The notes below the pieces were generated by a model. That model was not told where the DNA came from. It saw only the letters and a list, made by a program, of their open reading frames with translations, and searched no databases. A stretch of DNA of 21,068 nt. It comes from a virus. Taxonomy: Duplodnaviria; Heunggongvirae; Uroviricota; Caudoviricetes. Position 1 is the stretch's first letter, and every line of letters starts with the position of its first letter. The stretch is taken from the IMG/VR virus record IMGVR_UViG_2778260996_000004; one strand, written 5' to 3'. A program made the position numbers and the translations under genes. Shown piece after piece: positions 17,101 to 21,068 of this stretch.

Positions 17101-17155
17101 CTTTATGCAACAGCAGGCCCGTGATGGTGGTCGGTTAAGTGGAGCATATCGGTAA
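14090..17155 (+). CDS. H: tail tape measure protein H
   Basis: 1021 aa from ATG 14090 (GGAGG at 14077-14081); long coiled-coil-like Q/A/E/R-rich body; C-terminal region lambda-H-like; position between T and M. Confidence 0.9.
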   Translation: MDQIANLVIDLGIDAAEFKNEIPRIKNLLNGAASDAERSSARMQRFMERQTQAARQTTQAASSAATAASVHAQTVEKNAQAHERMAREVEKTRQRMEALSQKMREEQAQAMALAEAQDKAAAAFYRQIDSVKQASAGLQELQRIQQQIRQARNSGGIGQQDYLALISEVTAKTRVLTQAEEEATRQKVAFIRQLKEQATRQNLSSSELLRAKAAQLGVSSAAEVYIRKMEQAGKATHSLGLKSAAARQEIGVLIGELARGNLGALRGSGITLANRAGWIDTLMSPKGMMLGGVIGGIAAAVYGLGKAWYDGQKEGEEFNRQLSLTGHYAGVTAGQLWTLSRAISGNGITQHAAAGALAQVVGSGAFRGNDIGMVARAAAKMERSVGQSVSDTINQFKRLKDDPVNAAKALDNELHFLTATQLEQIRVLGDQGRSSDAARIAMSALAEETGRRTADIDNNLNALGSTLKYLSDLWSRFWDAAMNIGREDSLDEQIAALQEKVSRAKRLPWTASSSQVEYDQQRLNDLQEKKRQKDLQDAKEQAERNYQEQQKRRNAENAALNRMNETEAARHQREIARINAMQYADQAVRDAAIQRENERYEKAIKKKTSENRNDEATRLLLQYSQQQAQVEGQIAAARQSAGLTTEKMTEAHKQLLALQQRISDLAGKKLTADEKSVLAHKDELIQALTLLDAKQQELQKQTALNDLKKKSIQLASQLAEEERALRQQHDLDIATTGMGDKQRQRYQTQFSLQQKYQQQMEQLERDSKQKGTYGTDEYRNAEQMLTDSLNRQLNENRRYWQEQELMQADWKNGAMRAFQNFTESADNAAGTAEQMFTAAFNSAGNALATFCTTGKLNFRSFTASLLSDLAKIMSQMVMMQAVKGIGSAFGWGSAAAASVTPNADGGVYQSADLSRYSGTVVNRPTFFAFAKGAGVMGEAGPEAILPLRRGADGKLGVVADIGGSGMAMFAPQYNIEINNDGTNGQIGPAALKVVYDLGKKAAADFMQQQARDGGRLSGAYR

Positions 17156-17484
17156 TGGAGACGTTTCACTGGAAAGTGCGCCCGGATATGAATGTGGTAT
17201 CAGAGCCGAAAGTGGTGACAGTGAAGCTGGGCGATGGTTATGAACAGCGTCGTGCGGCGGGACTGAATAACCAGTTGTCGACTTACAGCGTGACGATACG
17301 TGTTCGTAAATGTGAACACCCATCTTTAAAAGCTTTTCTGGAACGGCACGGCGGCGTCCGCGCATTTCAGTGGACGCCACCTTATGACTGGAAGCCGATC
17401 AGGGTGGTTTGTCGTAAATGGTCGGCAAGCGTGGGGGCGTTGTGGGTAACCATAACGGCAGATTTTGAACAGGTCGTGGCATAG
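17155..17484 (+). CDS. M: minor tail protein M
   Basis: 109 aa; lambda-M-like (F.WKV.P.M.V.S.P.V..V.FGDGY.QR...WTPPY.W....V.C.KWS); TAATG overlap with H. Confidence 0.9.
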   Translation: METFHWKVRPDMNVVSEPKVVTVKLGDGYEQRRAAGLNNQLSTYSVTIRVRKCEHPSLKAFLERHGGVRAFQWTPPYDWKPIRVVCRKWSASVGALWVTITADFEQVVA

Positions 17485-17493
17485 GAGGCTCTG

Positions 17494-18192
17494 ATGCAGG
17501 ATATTCCACAGGAAACACATCATGAGACGACACGCCTCACTCAGTCAGCCCAGGTGGTGCTCTGGGAAATCGATCTGACAGAGGTCGGTGGTGAACGTTA
17601 TTTTTTCTGTAATGAGCAGAACGAAAAAGGTGAGCCGGTTACCTGGCAGGGGCGGCAGTATCAGGCATACCCCATTCAGGGGGCGGGATTTGAACTGAAC
17701 GGCAAGGGCAGTGCTGCCCGTCCGACACTGACGGTTTCTAACCTGCACGGAATGGTCACCGGGATGGCGGAAGACCTGCAGAGTCTGGTCGGCGGAACGG
17801 TGGTCAGGCGTAAGGTTTACGCCCGTTTTCTGGATGCGGTGAACTTCGTCAACGGAAACAGTGACGCCGATCCGGAGCAGGAGGTGATCAGCCGCTGGCG
17901 CATCGAGCAGTGCAGCGAACTGAGCGCGGTCAGTGCCTCTTTTGTACTGTCCACGCCGACGGAAACGGACGGTGCTGTTTTTCCGGGGCGCATCATGCTG
18001 GCTAATACCTGCACCTGGACCTATCGCGGTGATGAGTGCGGTTATCACGGTCCGGCTGTCGCTGATGAATATGACCAGCCGACGTCCGATATCACGAAGG
18101 ATAAATGCAGCAAATGCCTGAGTGGTTGTAAGTTTCGCAATAACGTCGGCAACTTTGGCGGCTTCCTTTCCATTAACAAACTTTCGCAGTAA
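17494..18192 (+). CDS. L: minor tail protein L
   Basis: 232 aa; near-identical to lambda L as recalled; AGGAGG RBS at 17484-17489. Confidence 0.95.
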   Translation: MQDIPQETHHETTRLTQSAQVVLWEIDLTEVGGERYFFCNEQNEKGEPVTWQGRQYQAYPIQGAGFELNGKGSAARPTLTVSNLHGMVTGMAEDLQSLVGGTVVRRKVYARFLDAVNFVNGNSDADPEQEVISRWRIEQCSELSAVSASFVLSTPTETDGAVFPGRIMLANTCTWTYRGDECGYHGPAVADEYDQPTSDITKDKCSKCLSGCKFRNNVGNFGGFLSINKLSQ

Positions 18193-18196
18193 TCCC

Positions 18197-18940
18197 ATGA
18201 CACAGACAGAATCAGCGATTCTGGCGCACGCCCGGCGATGTGCGCCAGCGGAGTCGTGCGGCTTCGTGGTGAGAACGCCGGAGGGGGAAAGATATTTTCC
18301 CTGCGTGAATATCTCCGGTGAGCCGGAGGCGTATTTCCGTATGTCGCCGGAGGACTGGCTGCGGGCAGAGATGCAGGGTGAGATTGTGGCGCTGGTCCAC
18401 AGCCACCCCGGTGGTCTGCCCTGGCTGAGTGAGGCTGACAGGCGGCTGCAGGTGCAGAGCGATTTGCCTTGGTGGCTGGTCTGCCGGGGTGAGATTCATA
18501 AATTCCGCTGTGTGCCGCATCTTACCGGGCGTCGCTTTGAGCACGGGGTGACGGACTGTTACACGCTGTTCCGGGATGCTTATCATCTGGCGGGGATTGA
18601 GATGCCGGATTTTCATCGCGGGGATGACTGGTGGCGTCACGGTCAGAATCTCTATCTGGATAATCTGGAGGCCACAAGGCTGTATCAGGTGCCGTTGTCA
18701 GCGGCGCAGCCGGGCGATGTGCTGCTGTGCTGTTTTGGTTCATCGGTGCCGAATCATGCCGCCATTTACTGTGGTGACGGCGAGCTGCTGCACCATATTC
18801 CTGAACAACTGAGCAAACGAGAGAGGTATACCGACAAATGGCAGCGACGCACACACTCCCTCTGGCGTCACCGGGCATGGCACGCATCTGCCTTTACGGG
18901 GATTTGCAACGATTTGGCCGCCGCATCGACCTTCGTGTGA
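18197..18940 (+). CDS. K: tail tip assembly protein K (JAB/MPN plus NlpC/P60-like)
   Basis: 247 aa from ATG 18197; JAB-type motif elements (ESCG ... HSHPGG ... SEAD). Recalled lambda K is shorter; an internal Met 49 start would give 199 aa. Confidence 0.85.
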   Translation: MTQTESAILAHARRCAPAESCGFVVRTPEGERYFPCVNISGEPEAYFRMSPEDWLRAEMQGEIVALVHSHPGGLPWLSEADRRLQVQSDLPWWLVCRGEIHKFRCVPHLTGRRFEHGVTDCYTLFRDAYHLAGIEMPDFHRGDDWWRHGQNLYLDNLEATRLYQVPLSAAQPGDVLLCCFGSSVPNHAAIYCGDGELLHHIPEQLSKRERYTDKWQRRTHSLWRHRAWHASAFTGICNDLAAASTFV

Positions 18941-19485
18941 AAACGGGGGCCGAAGCCATCCGGGCGCTGGCCACACAGCTCCCGGCGTTTCGTCAGAAGC
19001 TGAATGACGGCTGGTATCAGGTGCGCATTGCCGGGCGTGATGCAGGTGAAACCGAATTATCTGCCCGTCTTAATGAGCCGCTGGCAAATGGTGCCGTGAT
19101 CCATATCGTGCCGCGTCTGGCGGGAGCTAAAAGTGGCGGTGTATTTCAGGTGGTGCTGGGGGCGGCGTTGATTGCGGTGGCATGGTGGAACCCTGTGGGC
19201 TGGCTGGGTGCCGCGGCTGTATCGGGCATGTATGCGGCAGGGGCCAGTATGATCCTGGGCGGTGTGGCGCAGATGCTGGCACCGAAAGCCAGGACGCCCA
19301 CGGCAGCCAGTACAGATAACGGCAAACAGAACACCTATTTCTCCTCACTGGATAACATGGTTGCTCAGGGCAATGTTTTGCCTGTTCTGTACGGTGAAAT
19401 GCGTGTGGGGTCGCGGGTGGTTTCTCAGGAGATCAGCACGGCAGACGAAGGGGACGGTGGTCAGGTTGTGGTGATTGGTCGCTGA
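18838..19485 (+). CDS. I: tail tip assembly protein I
   Basis: 215 aa; lambda-I-like, ubiquitin-like N-terminal region and hydrophobic Gly/Ala-rich middle; GAGAGG upstream; overlaps the K ORF by 103 nt in another frame. Confidence 0.85.
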   Translation: MAATHTLPLASPGMARICLYGDLQRFGRRIDLRVKTGAEAIRALATQLPAFRQKLNDGWYQVRIAGRDAGETELSARLNEPLANGAVIHIVPRLAGAKSGGVFQVVLGAALIAVAWWNPVGWLGAAAVSGMYAAGASMILGGVAQMLAPKARTPTAASTDNGKQNTYFSSLDNMVAQGNVLPVLYGEMRVGSRVVSQEISTADEGDGGQVVVIGR

Positions 19486-19502
19486 TGCAAAATGTTTTAT
19501 GT

Positions 19503-19530
19503 GAAACCGCCTGCGGGCGGTTTTGTCGTT
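19503..19530 (+). terminator. terminator-like hairpin between I and J
   Basis: CCGCC-tgc-GGGCGG followed by TTTTGTCGTTT. Confidence 0.4.
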
Positions 19531-19545
19531 TATGGAGCGTGAGGA

Positions 19546-21068
19546 ATGGGTAAAGGCAGCAGTAAGGGGCATACCCCGCGCGAAGCGAAGGACAACCTGA
19601 AGTCCACGCAGTTGCTGAGTGTGATTGATGCCATCAGCGAAGGGCCGATTGAAGGTCCGGTGGATGGCTTAAAAAGCGTGCTGCTGAACAGTACGCCGGT
19701 GCTGGACAGTGAGGGGAATACCAACATCTCCGGTGTCACGGTGGTGTTCCGGGCAGGTGAGCAGGAGCAGACTCCGCCGGAGGGGTTTGAATCCTCCGGC
19801 TCCGAGACGGTGCTGGGTACGGAAGTGAAATATGACACGCCGATCACCCGCACCATCACGTCGGCAAACATCGACCGTCTGCGCTTTACCTTCGGTGTAC
19901 AGGCACTGGTGGAAACCACCTCAAAGGGAGACAGGAATCCGTCGGAAGTTCGCCTGCTGGTTCAGATACAGCGTAACGGTGGCTGGGTGACGGAAAAAGA
20001 CATCACCATTAAGGGCAAAACCACCTCGCAGTATCTGGCCTCGGTGGTGGTGGATAACCTGCCTCCGCGCCCGTTCAATATCCGGATGCGCAGGATGACG
20101 CCGGACAGCACCACAGACCAGCTGCAGAACAAAACGCTCTGGTCGTCATACACCGAAATCATCGATGTGAAACAGGGCTACCCGAACACGGCACTGGTCG
20201 GCGTGCAGGTGGACTCGGAGCAGTTCGGCAGCCAGCAGGTGAGCCGTAATTATCATCTGCGCGGGCGTATTCTGCAGGTGCCGTCGAATTATAACCCGCA
20301 GACGCGGCAATACAGCGGTATCTGGGACGGAACGTTTAAACCGGCATACAGCAACAACATGGCCTGGTGTCTGTGGGATATGCTGACCCACCCGCGCTAC
20401 GGCATGGGGAAACGTCTTGGTGCGGCAGATGTGGATAAATGGGCGCTGTATGTTATCGGCCACTACTGCGACCAGTCGGTGCCGGACGGCTTTGGCAGCA
20501 CGGAGCCGCGCATCACCTGTAATGCCTGGCTGACCACACAGCGCAAGGCGTGGGATGTGCTCAGCGATTTCTGTTCGGCGATGCGCTGTATGCCGGTATG
20601 GAACGGGCAGACGCTGACGTTCGTGCAGGACCGGCCATCGGATAAGGTATGGACCTATAACCGCAGTAATGTGGTGATGCCGGATGATGGCGCGCCGTTC
20701 CGCTACAGTTTCAGCGCCCTGAAGGATCGCCATAATGCCGTTGAGGTGAACTGGATTGACCCGGATAACGGCTGGGAGACGGCGACAGAGCTTGTGGAGG
20801 ACACGCAGGCCATTGCCCGTTACGGTCGTAACGTCACGAAGATGGATGCCTTTGGCTGTACCAGTCGGGGGCAGGCACACCGCGCCGGGCTGTGGCTGAT
20901 TAAAACAGAACTGCTGGAAACGCAGACCGTGGATTTCAGCGTCGGCGCAGAAGGGCTTCGCCATGTACCGGGCGATGTTATTGAAATCTGTGATGATGAC
21001 TATGCCGGTATCAGCACCGGTGGTCGTGTGCTGGCGGTGAACAGCCAGACCCGGACGCTGACGCTCGA
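19546..21068 (+). CDS. J: tip attachment / host specificity protein J, N-terminal about 507 codons (continues past window end)
   Basis: ATG 19546 preceded by GAGG; translation MGKGSSKGHTPREAKDNLKSTQLLSVIDAISEGPIEGPVDGLKSV... is near-identical to the lambda J N-terminus as recalled; no stop before the window ends. Confidence 0.95.
   Translation, partial: MGKGSSKGHTPREAKDNLKSTQLLSVIDAISEGPIEGPVDGLKSVLLNSTPVLDSEGNTNISGVTVVFRAGEQEQTPPEGFESSGSETVLGTEVKYDTPITRTITSANIDRLRFTFGVQALVETTSKGDRNPSEVRLLVQIQRNGGWVTEKDITIKGKTTSQYLASVVVDNLPPRPFNIRMRRMTPDSTTDQLQNKTLWSSYTEIIDVKQGYPNTALVGVQVDSEQFGSQQVSRNYHLRGRILQVPSNYNPQTRQYSGIWDGTFKPAYSNNMAWCLWDMLTHPRYGMGKRLGAADVDKWALYVIGHYCDQSVPDGFGSTEPRITCNAWLTTQRKAWDVLSDFCSAMRCMPVWNGQTLTFVQDRPSDKVWTYNRSNVVMPDDGAPFRYSFSALKDRHNAVEVNWIDPDNGWETATELVEDTQAIARYGRNVTKMDAFGCTSRGQAHRAGLWLIKTELLETQTVDFSVGAEGLRHVPGDVIEICDDDYAGISTGGRVLAVNSQTRTLTL

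Noticed and set aside
17545-18198. 217-aa minus-strand ORF inside L
   Set aside because: Antisense to L; Arg-rich antisense composition.
20146-20964. 272-aa minus-strand ORF inside J
   Set aside because: Antisense to the J coding sequence; Arg/His/Pro-rich composition of a GC-rich antisense frame.
1-21068. CRISPR arrays, tRNA or rRNA genes
   Set aside because: No spaced direct repeats and no tRNA-like T-arm or cloverleaf signatures were seen on manual reading; a tRNAscan/CRISPR-finder run would be needed to be certain.

Overview
This window reads as the late region of a mosaic lambdoid (cos-type) prophage from an enterobacterial host, entered through the left end of an IS1 element. Plus-strand order: IS1 end (1-110, inverted) | AT-rich orphan gene (122-739) with its own terminator | small wHTH ORF | beta-class amino-DNA methyltransferase | terminator | lysis cassette (3-TMD holin, lambda-R-like transglycosylase, Rz with embedded Rz1) | KilA-N-like ORF | cosN-like site and AT-rich region | terminase small and large subunits | gpW-like | portal | ClpP-type protease/major capsid fusion | small head protein | FII-like | Z | U | V | G and T (-1 frameshift) | tape measure H | M | L | K | I | J (5' part, runs off the window). 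All calls rest on reading the supplied ORF translations and on recalled family sequences; no search or computation was run. The lysis enzymes and tail-tip genes look near-identical to lambda, while the head module is a different, non-lambda type. The main candidate for something undescribed is the IS1-flanked, AT-rich 205-aa gene at 122-739, together with the adjacent wHTH and methyltransferase pair; its function cannot be assigned from sequence alone.
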